A stretch of DNA of 64,000 nucleotides, taken from positions 794,193-858,192 of the forward strand of contig CAVPIV010000004.1 of NCBI GenBank assembly GCA_963705085.1, read 5' to 3'. Below are positions 22,776-33,326 of this stretch, piece after piece. This DNA is from an uncultured Thermoleophilia bacterium. Lineage in GTDB: Bacteria; Actinomycetota; Thermoleophilia; UBA2241. Made by a program: the position numbers and the translations under genes. A model generated the notes under the pieces. It did no database searches, was not told the DNA's origin, and worked only from the letters and a program-made list of their open reading frames with translations. Position 1 is the first letter of the stretch, and the number at the start of each line of letters is the position of its first letter.

Positions 22776-25058
22776 TCAGGAGCTCTTCTCGGTCCGCGAC
22801 CGGTACTTCTCCTTGGTTGGACAGTCGATGTCGATGCACAGCACCCAGGGCCGTCCTCGGCCCCCGGCGCCGACAACTTTGATCTCCGGCCAGCCGCACT
22901 CACCGCAGGTCTTGCCGGTCGGCGTGATGGTACCGCGCTGCGGCAGCGGGAACGTACGGCCGCACCCGCGCCGGGGGCGTTCGCCCTCGACGGCCGGCGG
23001 CGGAGTATCGCCTTCCTTGCCGACGCACGCGACGAAGCGCTTGCCGGTGCGTCCGCGCAGGACGCGCAGCTGGCCGCCGCACTCCTTGCACTCGCCGAGC
23101 GTGAGATCGTCGAGCACGCCGCTCTTGACGCGCTGGCGGATGTCGTCCACGTGGGTGTCGAGGAGCTGCCACGCGTGCCTGAGCATCCCCTGGCTGTCGC
23201 GCACCACGTCCTCCCGGCGGAGCTCGCCCTCACTGATGCGGTCCATCTCCCGCTCGAGTTCGGCCGTCATCTCGCTCGAGGAGATGTCGACCGGCGCGTC
23301 CTTCATCGCAGCATCGAAGCCGGTAATGAGCGCGATCCCGAGCTCGGTCGGCTCGGCGGGGTTGTCGCGCACGTAGTTGCGATCGTAGAGGTGCTGGATG
23401 ATGTCGGCCCGGGTCGCCTTGGTGCCGAGGCCGAGCTCCTCCATCCGCTCGATGAGCGCCCCCTGGCCGTAGCGGGAAGGGGGCTGCGTCTCCTTGCTCT
23501 CGCTGTAGACCCTGAGGACGGCCAGCGTGTCGCCGGAGTTCATCGGGGGGAGCGGGCGGTCACGCTTGGCGGAGTACTTCTCGTACACCTCGAGGAAACC
23601 GGGCTCCGCCACCCGGCTGCCCCTCGCCAGGAAGGGCTCCTCGCCGATCGTCACGTCGAGGCGCTGCCCCTCGATGACCGCGGGCGGCATCAACGTCGCC
23701 AGGAAGCGTCGCACGACGAGGTCGTAGACCTTGGCCTGATCGCCGCCCAGCTCGGCCGAGGGCACGCCCACGGGATAGACAGGCGGATGGTCCGTCGTGC
23801 GCTTCTTGCCGCGCGTCGGTGTGAGCTTCGCCTGGTTCGCGAGGCGCCGGGCGACGGCGCCCACCGTCCCCCAGGCGGAGAGCAGCTCGAGGCTGCCGTG
23901 CAGGTCGAGCGACGAAGGGTAGACGGTGTTGTCGGTTCGCGGATAGCTGATGAGGCCATCCAGGTACAGCGACTCAGCCGCGCGCATGGCGCGCGCCGGC
24001 GAGACGCCGACGGCCGACGCGGCGCTCATGAGCGCCGTCGTGTTGAACGGCGTCGGCGGCTGGACCTGGCGCGCCTGCGCCTTGTAGCCGGTCACGATCG
24101 CCGTGTCAGCCTGGGCCCGCGCCAGCGCCGCCTCCGTGCGTTCGAGCGAGTCGAACCGCCCTTTGGCGTGCGCCACCTCCAGGGTCTCGCCCTCGCGCTC
24201 GAGCTCGGCCTTGATCTCCCAGTACGGCACCGGCACGAATGCCCGCCGCTCGAGCTCGCGGTCGACGATGAGACGCAGCGTGGGCGTCTGCACTCTCCCC
24301 ACCGACAGGTAGTCCGAGCCGTAGCGGTACGACGCCAACGACATGAAGCGAGTGAGCACGGCGCCCCAGATGAGATCGATGTCCTGGCGCGAGTGAGCCG
24401 CCTCGGCGAGATTGAAGTCGACCGTCGACGGCTTGGCGAAGGCGGCCTCGACCTCCTCGGGCGTCAGCGCCGAGTAACGTACGCGGACATGGCGGTCGAC
24501 AACCGCCGCGGCGACCATCGGCTTGACGTGCAGATCGCCGTCGTCGGGAGCGGGTGACGGAGCGACGGCCTTGCCGCGCCCGGCGGCCGCGCCTTTCTTC
24601 TTCTTCTCGGGCTTGTCGTGCGGGTGTCGCTTGAGGGCATCGCCGCGCAGGATCTCGAGCGCCTCGTGCCCGATCAGCTCGCCTTCACGGTCGTAGTCGG
24701 TGGCGATCACGACCTCGCTGGCGCCCTTGGCTGCGTTGCGCAGCGCCATGAGCGTCGTAGCGGCGCCGCCGTCGACCACCCAGGCGAGATCCGGGCTGTC
24801 GATCATCTCCCCCAGGTGCTTGAGACTCCAGCGACGATAGGTGTTGGGGAACACCGTCTCCATCACGTGGCCTCTCAGCCCGACGGCCACCGCGTCACCA
24901 TCCGCGGCGGAGAAGTGATAGGACTTGACCTTCTGACGGCCGCGGCCATGCTCCTTCGTGGCGAACCTGCCCCCGAGGATCTCCGCGATCTTGCGTGCCG
25001 CTGAGTCCTTCTCCGTGACGATGAGTCTCACGCGTCTCCTCTGGATGGACGTGAACAT
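22776..25058 (-). CDS. topA: DNA topoisomerase I (type IA)
   Basis: TOPRIM (VVIATDYDREGE), active-site region GLISYPRTDN, C-terminal Zn ribbons (CKECGG, CGECGW); Lys-rich insertion after TOPRIM. Confidence 0.9.
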   Translation of the reverse strand: MFTSIQRRRVRLIVTEKDSAARKIAEILGGRFATKEHGRGRQKVKSYHFSAADGDAVAVGLRGHVMETVFPNTYRRWSLKHLGEMIDSPDLAWVVDGGAATTLMALRNAAKGASEVVIATDYDREGELIGHEALEILRGDALKRHPHDKPEKKKKGAAAGRGKAVAPSPAPDDGDLHVKPMVAAAVVDRHVRVRYSALTPEEVEAAFAKPSTVDFNLAEAAHSRQDIDLIWGAVLTRFMSLASYRYGSDYLSVGRVQTPTLRLIVDRELERRAFVPVPYWEIKAELEREGETLEVAHAKGRFDSLERTEAALARAQADTAIVTGYKAQARQVQPPTPFNTTALMSAASAVGVSPARAMRAAESLYLDGLISYPRTDNTVYPSSLDLHGSLELLSAWGTVGAVARRLANQAKLTPTRGKKRTTDHPPVYPVGVPSAELGGDQAKVYDLVVRRFLATLMPPAVIEGQRLDVTIGEEPFLARGSRVAEPGFLEVYEKYSAKRDRPLPPMNSGDTLAVLRVYSESKETQPPSRYGQGALIERMEELGLGTKATRADIIQHLYDRNYVRDNPAEPTELGIALITGFDAAMKDAPVDISSSEMTAELEREMDRISEGELRREDVVRDSQGMLRHAWQLLDTHVDDIRQRVKSGVLDDLTLGECKECGGQLRVLRGRTGKRFVACVGKEGDTPPPAVEGERPRRGCGRTFPLPQRGTITPTGKTCGECGWPEIKVVGAGGRGRPWVLCIDIDCPTKEKYRSRTEKSS

Positions 25059-25125
25059 TCGGAACCACGCCGGGGGCTGGGCCCTTCTGGCCCCGGCCGC
25101 GATGACGGACCGCCGCCGACTCGGA

Positions 25126-25476
25126 TCAGGCCAGCGCCTCGACCGCGGCAGCGCGCGTGTCGCGGATCGTGAAGACCCGATCCAGCCCGGTGATGGTGAG
25201 CACCCGCTCCACCGCCGGCGTGGTCACGACCAGCGCCATGGCGCCGCCGGCGTCGTTCACGCGGCGCAGCCCTCCGATGAGCACGCCGAGCGCAGTCGAG
25301 TCGATGAACGTCACGCCGCTGAGATCGATGACCAGCGTCTGCGCCCCCCCGTCCAGCAGGTCGAGCATGCTCTCCTTGAACCGCGGCGCTGTGTAGATGT
25401 CGACCTCGCCGGCGAGCACGACGACGCCGCACGAATCGTCCTGCAGCTCACTGGAGACGCTGAACATGTCGGTCAT
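25126..25476 (-). CDS. STAS-domain anti-sigma-factor antagonist
   Basis: VVVLAGEVDIYTAP...DLSGVTFIDSTALGVLIG SpoIIAA-like pattern. Confidence 0.8.
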   Translation of the reverse strand: MTDMFSVSSELQDDSCGVVVLAGEVDIYTAPRFKESMLDLLDGGAQTLVIDLSGVTFIDSTALGVLIGGLRRVNDAGGAMALVVTTPAVERVLTITGLDRVFTIRDTRAAAVEALA

Positions 25477-26126
25477 GACCCGGTCTCCTCGGTCGGTGAC
25501 GGCGACGCCGTCGGCTTGGGCGTATTCTCCTCGATCCAGGCGCGCACGTCATCGGCCTGCGGCGACCCGGGATCGAGCTCGAGGAACTTGGTGAACGCCA
25601 GCAGCGCCACGTTGGTGTCTCCGGCGCTCACGGCGATGGTCGCCCAGTCGAAGTACGCCTGGGGATCCTTCGGCGTCAGCGCCGTGATCCGCGTGTAGAC
25701 GCGGGCGGCCTTCTCGTAGTCGTTCATGAACAAATAGACGTTGGCGATCTGCTCGAGCACCTCCACCCGCTGCTGCCTGGCCTCCGCGCCCTTCTGCTCG
25801 GCGAGCACGGCGACGGCCTTCTCGTATTGCTCGGTGGCCAGACGCCAGTCCGCCTTCTGCGCCTCCGATTTCGCCTCCTGCTGATTGGCTCGCAGCAGGT
25901 AGGTGTCGGCCAGCCCACGCAGCGCGGCGACATCGTCGGGATTGGCCTGAATGGCCGCCTGGTACTTCGCGATGTCGGCCTCGATCTGTTCCATGGCCGA
26001 GGAGACGGCGTTGCCGCAGGCGATGCCGCGCAAGGGGATCATGACGAGGAACGCCACCATGATCAGGGCCATGAGCCCGAAGATCCACTTCTGCCAGGTC
26101 TTCACCCGCTCGCGATCGAGCAGCAC
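25473..26126 (-). CDS. Membrane-anchored TPR-repeat protein
   Basis: N-terminal TM helix then TPR-like repeats; ATGA-type overlap with STAS gene. Confidence 0.65.
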   Translation of the reverse strand: MLLDRERVKTWQKWIFGLMALIMVAFLVMIPLRGIACGNAVSSAMEQIEADIAKYQAAIQANPDDVAALRGLADTYLLRANQQEAKSEAQKADWRLATEQYEKAVAVLAEQKGAEARQQRVEVLEQIANVYLFMNDYEKAARVYTRITALTPKDPQAYFDWATIAVSAGDTNVALLAFTKFLELDPGSPQADDVRAWIEENTPKPTASPSPTEETGS

Positions 26127-27572
26127 TTAGTCCTTCTCCCCTTCGTCGTCCGCGACGGCGGTTTGCCACCAGCCGGACTCCGCCGCGCCGACGCGGACGT
26201 TGCCGGCGCGGACACGCGAGCGCAGCTGCTCCCGGACGCCGTACGCGGCGCGGCGGATGCCTTCGGCGTCGAGATCGGTGAACCGGCCCTCGCGGTACAG
26301 GCACCGTCCCCCGACGACCGTGAGCTGAACGTCGCCCTGGTTGGCGCCGTACACGAGCGCCGAGTACGGGTCGTCGATCGGCGTGAAGTGCGACTTGGAG
26401 ACGTCGACCGCGATGAAGTCGGCGTACTTGCCAGGCTCGAGACTCCCGACCTGGTCCTCCATCCCCAGCGCCTCCGCCCCGCCGAGCGTGGCGATGCGTA
26501 CGCACTGCTGCGCGTCGAGCACCTTGACGTCGCGCTCGACCGCGCGGTGCAGGAAGAGCATCGTGCGCATCTCATCGAACATGTCCATGATGTTGCTGGA
26601 GGCCGGGCTGTCCGTGCCGAGACCGACGCGCACGCCCTGGCGGAGGAGATCGGTGAGCGGCGCCACGCCGCAGCCGAGCTTGGCGTTGCTCTTCGGGCAG
26701 TGCGCGACGGCGACGCGCTTCGCCTTGAGGATGCGGATGTCGTCGTGCGTCACGAGGACGCAGTGCACAGCGAGGAAGTCGGCGTCGAAAGCGCCCCATT
26801 GCTGCAGGTACTTGATCGGCGTGACGCCGAAGGGCTGGACGAGCATGCGCTCCCAGCCCATGCGCTCACGGTAGTCGTGCGCCAGCTTGCCGGACCCGGA
26901 GCGCACGTAGGTGAGCTCGTCCTTGCTCTCCGCGACGTGGCTCATGACCTTGAGACCCCGCTCGCGGGCCATCGCCGAGATAGCCTGGTAGAGACGACTG
27001 GAGGCAGCGTACGGCGAGTGCGGCGTGAGACCGACGTCGAGCTGAGCAGGAGCTGCCGCGCACGCCTCCGCGAGGCGGCGCTCGACATCGGCCATGGTCT
27101 GCTCGACCCGGGTGTCGTCGATGCCGAAGACCTCGAGGTAGACGCGGCCGCGCACGCCGGCCTCGGTGAGGGCCGCGAGCGCCGCGCCGCCGTAGCTCGT
27201 ATCGGCCAGCGTGGTGATCCCGGATGAGATCGCCTCCACGGTCCCGAGGCGGGCGCTGGCGAGGTACTCCTCAGGCGTCAGCGCCGCCTTGACATCGACC
27301 AGGCGGATGATCCAGTCCCCGAAGGCGAGATCGTCCAGGATGCCGCGGAACGAGGTGTACTCGATGTGGCTGTGGCAGTTGACGAAGCCCGGCATGATGA
27401 TCGACCGTCCGACGTCCACGACGGTCGCGGACGGATGGGCGGCAATGAGGTCGGCGGCAGCTCCCAGGCCGAGGATGCGCTCGCCGCTGACGGCCAGAGC
27501 GCCGTCGGCCACGATCGGCGCCGACACCGGCAAGACCCAGTCGGCGCGGTAGATGGTGATGTCGTAGCTCAT
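26127..27572 (-). CDS. Amidohydrolase, MtaD/SAH-deaminase-like (chlorohydrolase family)
   Basis: PGFVNCHSHIEYT metal-binding HxH, HVAESKDE, CPKSNAKLG, GTDSPASS motifs. Confidence 0.8.
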   Translation of the reverse strand: MSYDITIYRADWVLPVSAPIVADGALAVSGERILGLGAAADLIAAHPSATVVDVGRSIIMPGFVNCHSHIEYTSFRGILDDLAFGDWIIRLVDVKAALTPEEYLASARLGTVEAISSGITTLADTSYGGAALAALTEAGVRGRVYLEVFGIDDTRVEQTMADVERRLAEACAAAPAQLDVGLTPHSPYAASSRLYQAISAMARERGLKVMSHVAESKDELTYVRSGSGKLAHDYRERMGWERMLVQPFGVTPIKYLQQWGAFDADFLAVHCVLVTHDDIRILKAKRVAVAHCPKSNAKLGCGVAPLTDLLRQGVRVGLGTDSPASSNIMDMFDEMRTMLFLHRAVERDVKVLDAQQCVRIATLGGAEALGMEDQVGSLEPGKYADFIAVDVSKSHFTPIDDPYSALVYGANQGDVQLTVVGGRCLYREGRFTDLDAEGIRRAAYGVREQLRSRVRAGNVRVGAAESGWWQTAVADDEGEKD

Positions 27573-27724
27573 CGCGGTTATCGGGTCCAGTGTCGGGACT
27601 GCGGGAAGCGACCCCCTTCGCGTGATGGAGTATAGGTGAGCGCCCGATGGGGTGGCAAACACCGCCAGTCGCCTACCGGGCGGCGATGGCGTACCGCTAT
27701 ACTCGAGCGAAGGCAGGAGACGGC

Positions 27725-27817
27725 ATGAGCACGTTCACGTACGCGGCAGGGCGCGAGACGGCGAATCCCGGAGCAGGATCCGCGGGCGTCTGCGGCGCGC
27801 GTGCCGGCCGGCGATGA
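27725..27817 (+). CDS. Candidate 30-aa upstream ORF translationally coupled (ATGA) to the next gene
   Basis: AGGAG 5 nt before ATG; stop overlaps ATG at 27814. Confidence 0.3.
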   Translation: MSTFTYAAGRETANPGAGSAGVCGARAGRR

Positions 27818-28416
27818 GAGCGGTCGACCTCACGTCGTCCACGAGGGAGCTGCTGGCCCCGGTCTGCCGCGAGTGCGTCTGGTGGCAGGCGCGCGGGAGG
27901 TTCGGTTCACTGCCCGTCGCCCGCCGCGACTGGGAGCGGGCGGCGGAGGCCGAGGCCGGCTTCTTCGGACGCGTCCTCCTGGAGGACGACGCCGTCATCG
28001 GCTACATGCACGCCGCCCCGGAGTGGCTCGTGCCACGAGCGCGCTCCCTCCCGGCCGGTCCGCCGTCGCCCGGGGCCTACCTCCTCATGTGCTCCTACTT
28101 CCACGACGAAGCGTACCTGCGGGGCTTTCAGTTCCTCCTGCAGGAGCTCGAGGCCTCACTCAAGCACCGCGGCGTGACGTCTCTCGAGGCCTTCGGGCGC
28201 CGCCGCGCGCGCCCCGGCGATCCCTTTCACGGCTACCTTCGCGAGCTCAACCTCTTTCACCCCGAGGTCCTCGAGGGCGGCGGCTTCCGCGTCGTCAAGT
28301 CCAGGGGCGAGGTCGCGCGCTTTCGCCTGGAGCTGGCCACGATCGTCGAGGCCCCGCGCCATAGCGTCCTCTGGGAGCGGCGCGCCGACGGCGGCATGGC
28401 CGCCCAGCCCGTCTAG
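27814..28416 (+). CDS. Hypothetical protein (possible acetyltransferase-like fold)
   Basis: ORF with coding composition; no confident family assignment. Confidence 0.45.
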   Translation: MRAVDLTSSTRELLAPVCRECVWWQARGRFGSLPVARRDWERAAEAEAGFFGRVLLEDDAVIGYMHAAPEWLVPRARSLPAGPPSPGAYLLMCSYFHDEAYLRGFQFLLQELEASLKHRGVTSLEAFGRRRARPGDPFHGYLRELNLFHPEVLEGGGFRVVKSRGEVARFRLELATIVEAPRHSVLWERRADGGMAAQPV

Positions 28417-28480
28417 GCGAACTGCGATCGAGGGCCGGCGGCGCGGCGTCGTCGCCGGGGCGGCGGAGCCCAGCACCCGC

Positions 28481-29755
28481 TCAGCGGAAGAGTCGGGGGA
28501 TGCGCTGCTTCCAGTCCTCCGGCAGCACCACGTCCAGGGCGTCGTCCAGAGTGACGATACCGAGCGGCCGGTGCTCTTCGTCGACCACGGGGATGGCCCA
28601 GAGGTCGTACTTGGTCATGATGCGGCCGACCTCCTCCTCGTCCGCGTCGGCCGCGACCTCGACGACGCCGTCGTCCATGATCTCGGCGAGCGAGGCGCCG
28701 GGCTCGGCCAGCACGACATCCCGCAACGTCGTCGCGCCCGCAAGCCGGCCCTCCTCGTCGACAAGGTAGATGTAGGCCATGGCGTACTGCTCGGGCTGCT
28801 CTCTCCTGATCCAGTCCAGGGCGTCCTGGGCGGTCGCGGTGACGGGCAAGGCCACGAAGTCGGTCGTCATCAGGGAGCCGGCAGTGTGCTCGGCGTGGCT
28901 GGCGAGCTCGCGCAGATCCTCCTCACGCTCGTCCGGCAGGAGGGTGAGGAGCTCCTGGGCGAGATCGTCGGGCAGGTCAGCGAGGATATCGGCAGCGCGG
29001 TCGGCCTCGACCAGCTCGAGGACGGCGGCGGCCCGCTCGACCGGCATCTCCAGGATCGCGGCGCTGCTCAACGGGCCGTCCATCTCCTGGAGCGTATCCG
29101 CTGCGAGTCCCGTGTTGAGCGCGGCCAGCACGGCCGCGCGCTCCCGCGGGCCGACCTGGCTGACGACATCGGCGATGTCTGCCGGGTGCAGCTCGGCCAG
29201 TTCCGCGAAGGCCTCGACGAAGTGAAGGCGGGAGAGCCGCAGGGAGATGAGATTCACCTCGGGCCACGGGACAAAGTCGCCGCTGCGCCGGGGCAGGCGT
29301 CTCATGAGAAAGCCGAGGCCGATACGCCGGGCCAGCGCGCCCGAACTCACGTCGATGCCGGTCACCACGAGCTCGCCTTCGCGGGCTTCGAGCAGGACGT
29401 CCTGGACGCGCTGGAAGACCCTGGCGCGCATGTCCAGCACCTGGTTGTCGAGGACGAGGTCGACAAGCGCCAGCTCGTCGCCGCCCAGCGACGCCGGCTC
29501 GAGCTCGTCCTGGGTGCAGCTGAGCCGGAGCATCTCGGCGTCGACGTCTATCTCGGCGACCTGATCCCAGGAGGCGCGCACCTGGTCGTCGTCGCGCTCG
29601 ATGAAGAAGCCGGTGACGATGGGCAGGTCGGACGTCGATCGGGCGACCACGTCGAGCAGGTCGCCGACCTTGGCGCCGGCCCTGTCGACAACGGTGATCT
29701 CCTCGAACTCCGAGAGGGCTAACGAACCAGGTCCGTCGTCCACCGAAAGACGCAC
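28481..29755 (-). CDS. Soluble MgtE-N-terminal domain plus tandem CBS domain protein
   Basis: MgtE_N-like helical region (LAELHPADIADVVSQV) followed by two CBS motifs; no TM domain. Confidence 0.7.
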   Translation of the reverse strand: MRLSVDDGPGSLALSEFEEITVVDRAGAKVGDLLDVVARSTSDLPIVTGFFIERDDDQVRASWDQVAEIDVDAEMLRLSCTQDELEPASLGGDELALVDLVLDNQVLDMRARVFQRVQDVLLEAREGELVVTGIDVSSGALARRIGLGFLMRRLPRRSGDFVPWPEVNLISLRLSRLHFVEAFAELAELHPADIADVVSQVGPRERAAVLAALNTGLAADTLQEMDGPLSSAAILEMPVERAAAVLELVEADRAADILADLPDDLAQELLTLLPDEREEDLRELASHAEHTAGSLMTTDFVALPVTATAQDALDWIRREQPEQYAMAYIYLVDEEGRLAGATTLRDVVLAEPGASLAEIMDDGVVEVAADADEEEVGRIMTKYDLWAIPVVDEEHRPLGIVTLDDALDVVLPEDWKQRIPRLFR

Positions 29756-29905
29756 ATCCTTTCTCTCCGTCGCCGCGCGGGCGAGGGCCGCGAGAATACC
29801 CCGGCCGCGCGGCCGCCGTCAATGCGCGCTGCCACGAGCCAGCCGCGTCGAGGTTCGATACACTCTGCCGGATCGAGCCGGTCGTCTCTCCGGGGGCAGG
29901 GACCC

Positions 29906-31345
29906 ATGACACAAGAAGCCAAACCGGCGCCGTCCGGCTCCCTCGAGCGCTACTTCGGATTCGCGCAATCGGGTACGTCCTTGAAGCGCGATTCGCTTGC
30001 GGGACTCACGACGTTCATCGTGATGTCCTATATCATCTTCGTGAACCCGAGCATCCTCGGCCTCGACGGCGAGGGCCTCCCGTTCGCCCCAGCCCTCACC
30101 TCCACCTGTCTCGTGGCGGGCGTCATGACCGTGCTCATGGGTCTGTACACCAACCGCGCCTTCGCCATCGCGCCCGGCATGGGCATCAACGCCGTGGTCG
30201 CCTTCAGCCTCGTCCTCGGTCAGGGGCTTTCCTTCGCCAGCGCCATGGGGCTCATCGTGTTGGAGGGCGTCGCCATCACGATCCTCGTCCTCACGGGGTT
30301 TCGCGAGGCGATCTTCACCGCCATCCCCTCCGAGCTCAAGAAGGCCATCGTCGTGGGCATCGGGTTCTTCATCCTGTTCATCGGCCTCGTCGACGGGGGC
30401 ATCGTCATCGCCAACCCCGGGGGCAGCCCGCCCGTCGCCCTCGGCAGCTTCACGACCGTGCCCGTGGCAGTATCCCTGTTCGGCCTGGTGATCACCGTCG
30501 TGATGCTCACCCGCAAGTGGCGCGGCGCGATCATCCTCGGCCTGCTCGGCGCCACGATCCTGGCGGTGATGCTCAACTACGCGTACGACGGGACGGCCTT
30601 CCCCAACGGCCAGGCCGTCATCCCGAGCGAGATCCTGGCGGCGCCGGACTTCAGCCTCGTCGGCGCCGTAGATTTCGGGGCGTTCGCCAAGCTGGGGGTC
30701 ACCGCCGCTGTCCTCTGGGTGTTCAGTCTCATGCTCAGCGACTTCTTCGACACCATGGGCACCCTCGTCGGCGTCGGCGGTCAGGCGGGCTACCTGGACG
30801 AGCGCGGCAACCTGCCCAAGGTCAACCGGCCGCTCCTCATCGACTCGCTGGCCGCGGTCGCCGGCGGGGCCGTGAGCGCCTCGTCGGCGACGACCTACAT
30901 CGAGTCGGGCGCCGGCGTCGCCCAGGGCGGACGCACGGGTTGGGTCTCGATCGTCACCGGGACCCTCTTCCTGGCGGCCATGTGGTTCTCGCCGCTCGCC
31001 GGCGTCGTCCCGGCGGCGGCCACGGCGCCGGCGCTCGTCATCGTCGGCTACCTGATGATGGCCACGCTGACCGAGGAGCTCGACCTCGCTTCGCACGCCG
31101 GCGTCGCCCGCGCCGCCATCAACTTCGGGGACATCGCCTTCGGCCTGCCGGCGGTCCTCATGATGACGATCATGCCGCTGACCTACAGCATCACGAACGG
31201 GATCGGCTTCGGCTTCATCGCGTACACCCTGATCCGCGTCACCCAGGGCCGGGCGCGCGAGATCAGCTGGATGCTCTGGGTCGCCTCCGCCGGCTTCGTG
31301 CTCTACTTCCTCGTGCCCCTGCTCCAGGCGCGCGGCTGGGTCTGA
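29906..31345 (+). CDS. NCS2-family nucleobase permease (AzgA/PbuG-like)
   Basis: LAGLTTFIVMSYIIFVNPSIL, 12+ TM helices typical of xanthine/uracil permease superfamily; SD AAGAGG. Confidence 0.85.
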   Translation: MTQEAKPAPSGSLERYFGFAQSGTSLKRDSLAGLTTFIVMSYIIFVNPSILGLDGEGLPFAPALTSTCLVAGVMTVLMGLYTNRAFAIAPGMGINAVVAFSLVLGQGLSFASAMGLIVLEGVAITILVLTGFREAIFTAIPSELKKAIVVGIGFFILFIGLVDGGIVIANPGGSPPVALGSFTTVPVAVSLFGLVITVVMLTRKWRGAIILGLLGATILAVMLNYAYDGTAFPNGQAVIPSEILAAPDFSLVGAVDFGAFAKLGVTAAVLWVFSLMLSDFFDTMGTLVGVGGQAGYLDERGNLPKVNRPLLIDSLAAVAGGAVSASSATTYIESGAGVAQGGRTGWVSIVTGTLFLAAMWFSPLAGVVPAAATAPALVIVGYLMMATLTEELDLASHAGVARAAINFGDIAFGLPAVLMMTIMPLTYSITNGIGFGFIAYTLIRVTQGRAREISWMLWVASAGFVLYFLVPLLQARGWV

Positions 31346-31372
31346 TCGGACGCGCGCGCCAGACTCGGCCCG

Positions 31373-33271
31373 CTACTTGGCGATCACGACCACGACCGTC
31401 GAGCCCTTCGGCGCCATGACGCCCACCTCAGGGCTGACGGCGATGACCGTCCCGGCCGGCTGCGCGCTGACCCGCCGTCTGATCGAGACCTCGAAGCCGG
31501 CTGCCTCGAGGGTCGCCGTCGCCGTGGCCGAGTCCATGCTGTAGACGTTGGGAATCTCGATGAGCTCCGCGCTCGCCGACGCCGTGGGCGTCGGGGTGGG
31601 TGTCGGCGTCGGCGACCCGCTGGAGATGACGATACTGACGGGCGACTCTCGTTCGACCTTGGCGCCGGCCGGCGGATCCTGGCTGATGACCCGGCCGGCC
31701 GCCACGCTGCTGCTCGTCTCCGTCCTCACCGTGCCGAGTCTCAGCTTGGCGTCGGCCAGCGCCGCCTCGGCCTCGCTCTGGGTCATGTTGGCGAGGTTTG
31801 GAACGGTGGCCTGCGGGATCCCGCTCGACACCCAGTAGGTGACGGAGTCGCCACGCTCGACCTGGGTACCGGCGACCGGGTCCTGCCTGAAGACCTGGCC
31901 CGTCTCGACCTTGTCCGACTTGCCGGACTTCTCCACGCCGCGCAGCTCGTTGGCGTCGAGCCAGTCGCGGACTTCCTGCGCCGTCCACCCCTTGAAGTCC
32001 TCGAGCGTGAGCGCCTTCGCGCCCCTGCTGATCCAGAGCTCGACCACCGCGCCCTCGCGCAGCTCCGTACCCCCCTCCGGCGCCTGCCGCGCGACAAGGC
32101 CTGCGGCGAACTCGTCTGAGTATTCCTCGCCCGACACCGCCGCTGAGAAGCCCGCCTTCTCGAGCGCGGCGATCGCGTCCGCCCTGTTCTGCCCAACGAC
32201 GGACGGGACGGACGACGCGCCGCCTGCCCCCATGGCGCGCACGAGCCCGTAGGCGGCGCCGCCGATCGCCAGGAGGAGGATCAGGATCAGCACGACGAGC
32301 GGCCAGCGGCGGCGCCGGCGCCCCCGGTCGGCCGTTCTCTCCTGGAGCGGCTGCTGGACGGCCATCGCGGCGGGCGCGACCGGTCTGGCCATGAGGCTGG
32401 TGCGTTCGGCGGCGGTGTCGAACTGTGCCGCCACCAGCGGCCCTCCCTCCCTGGCCGAGCGCAGGTCGCGGGCGAATTCATCGGCCGACTGGTAGCGCTG
32501 CTCCCGGTCCTTGGCGATCGCCTTGAGCACGATCTGGTTGAGCGCGTAGGGCATGCCCGGCACGAGCTGAGAGGGTTCGGCCGGCGCCTCATTGACGTGC
32601 TTGAGCGCGACCGTGACGGCGCTGTCACCCTTGAACGGCACCGTTCCGGTGAGCATCTCGTACAGCACGATCCCCGTCGAGTAGAGGTCGGACCGCTCAT
32701 CCACCTGGATACCCCGGGCCTGCTCGGGCGCGAGATACTGCGCCGTTCCCAGGACGGAGCCGACCTCGGTCATGCCCGAGTCGCCGGCCCGCGCGATGCC
32801 GAAGTCCATGATCTTGACGTTGCCCTCGCGATCGAGCATGACGTTCTGCGGCTTGATGTCGCGATGGACGATGCCCCGGCGATGCGCGAAGGCGAGTGCA
32901 GAGAGAAGTTGAAGGGCGATCCGCACGGCGTCGTTGCCGCCGAGGCGGCCGTGACGGCGGATGTGCTCCTTGAGCGTCTCGCCCTCGACGTACTCCATGA
33001 CGATGTAGTAGGCGCCGTCGACCTCGCCCCAGTCGTAGATACTGACGAGATTGGCGTGGTTCAGGCCCGCGGCCGCCTTGGCCTCCCGGCGGAACCGCTC
33101 CACGAAGGTCGGATCGTGGAGAAGCCGCTGGAGCAGCACCTTGATCGCCACGCGGCGGCCGAGCGAGAGATCCTCGCAGAGATAGACGTCGGCCATCCCG
33201 CCGCCGCCGATCTTGCGGACCACGCGATACCTGTTGCCGATCACCTCGTCCGGCTGGAACGCGTCACTCAC
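31373..33271 (-). CDS. pknB: Ser/Thr protein kinase PknB with C-terminal PASTA repeats
   Basis: Hanks kinase motifs (VAIK, HRDIKPQN, DFGIA, APE), TM helix, PASTA domains. Confidence 0.9.
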   Translation of the reverse strand: MSDAFQPDEVIGNRYRVVRKIGGGGMADVYLCEDLSLGRRVAIKVLLQRLLHDPTFVERFRREAKAAAGLNHANLVSIYDWGEVDGAYYIVMEYVEGETLKEHIRRHGRLGGNDAVRIALQLLSALAFAHRRGIVHRDIKPQNVMLDREGNVKIMDFGIARAGDSGMTEVGSVLGTAQYLAPEQARGIQVDERSDLYSTGIVLYEMLTGTVPFKGDSAVTVALKHVNEAPAEPSQLVPGMPYALNQIVLKAIAKDREQRYQSADEFARDLRSAREGGPLVAAQFDTAAERTSLMARPVAPAAMAVQQPLQERTADRGRRRRRWPLVVLILILLLAIGGAAYGLVRAMGAGGASSVPSVVGQNRADAIAALEKAGFSAAVSGEEYSDEFAAGLVARQAPEGGTELREGAVVELWISRGAKALTLEDFKGWTAQEVRDWLDANELRGVEKSGKSDKVETGQVFRQDPVAGTQVERGDSVTYWVSSGIPQATVPNLANMTQSEAEAALADAKLRLGTVRTETSSSVAAGRVISQDPPAGAKVERESPVSIVISSGSPTPTPTPTPTASASAELIEIPNVYSMDSATATATLEAAGFEVSIRRRVSAQPAGTVIAVSPEVGVMAPKGSTVVVVIAK

Positions 33272-33326
33272 GTCTCGCTACCTCTCTCCCTGTGTCCGGC
33301 AGGACCCGCGCACGACTTCTCACGCC

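Noticed and set aside
25078-25105. GC hairpin GGGCC-cttct-GGCCC downstream of the STAS gene as a terminator
   Set aside because: Short 5-bp stem, no U-tract, and topA starts immediately after.
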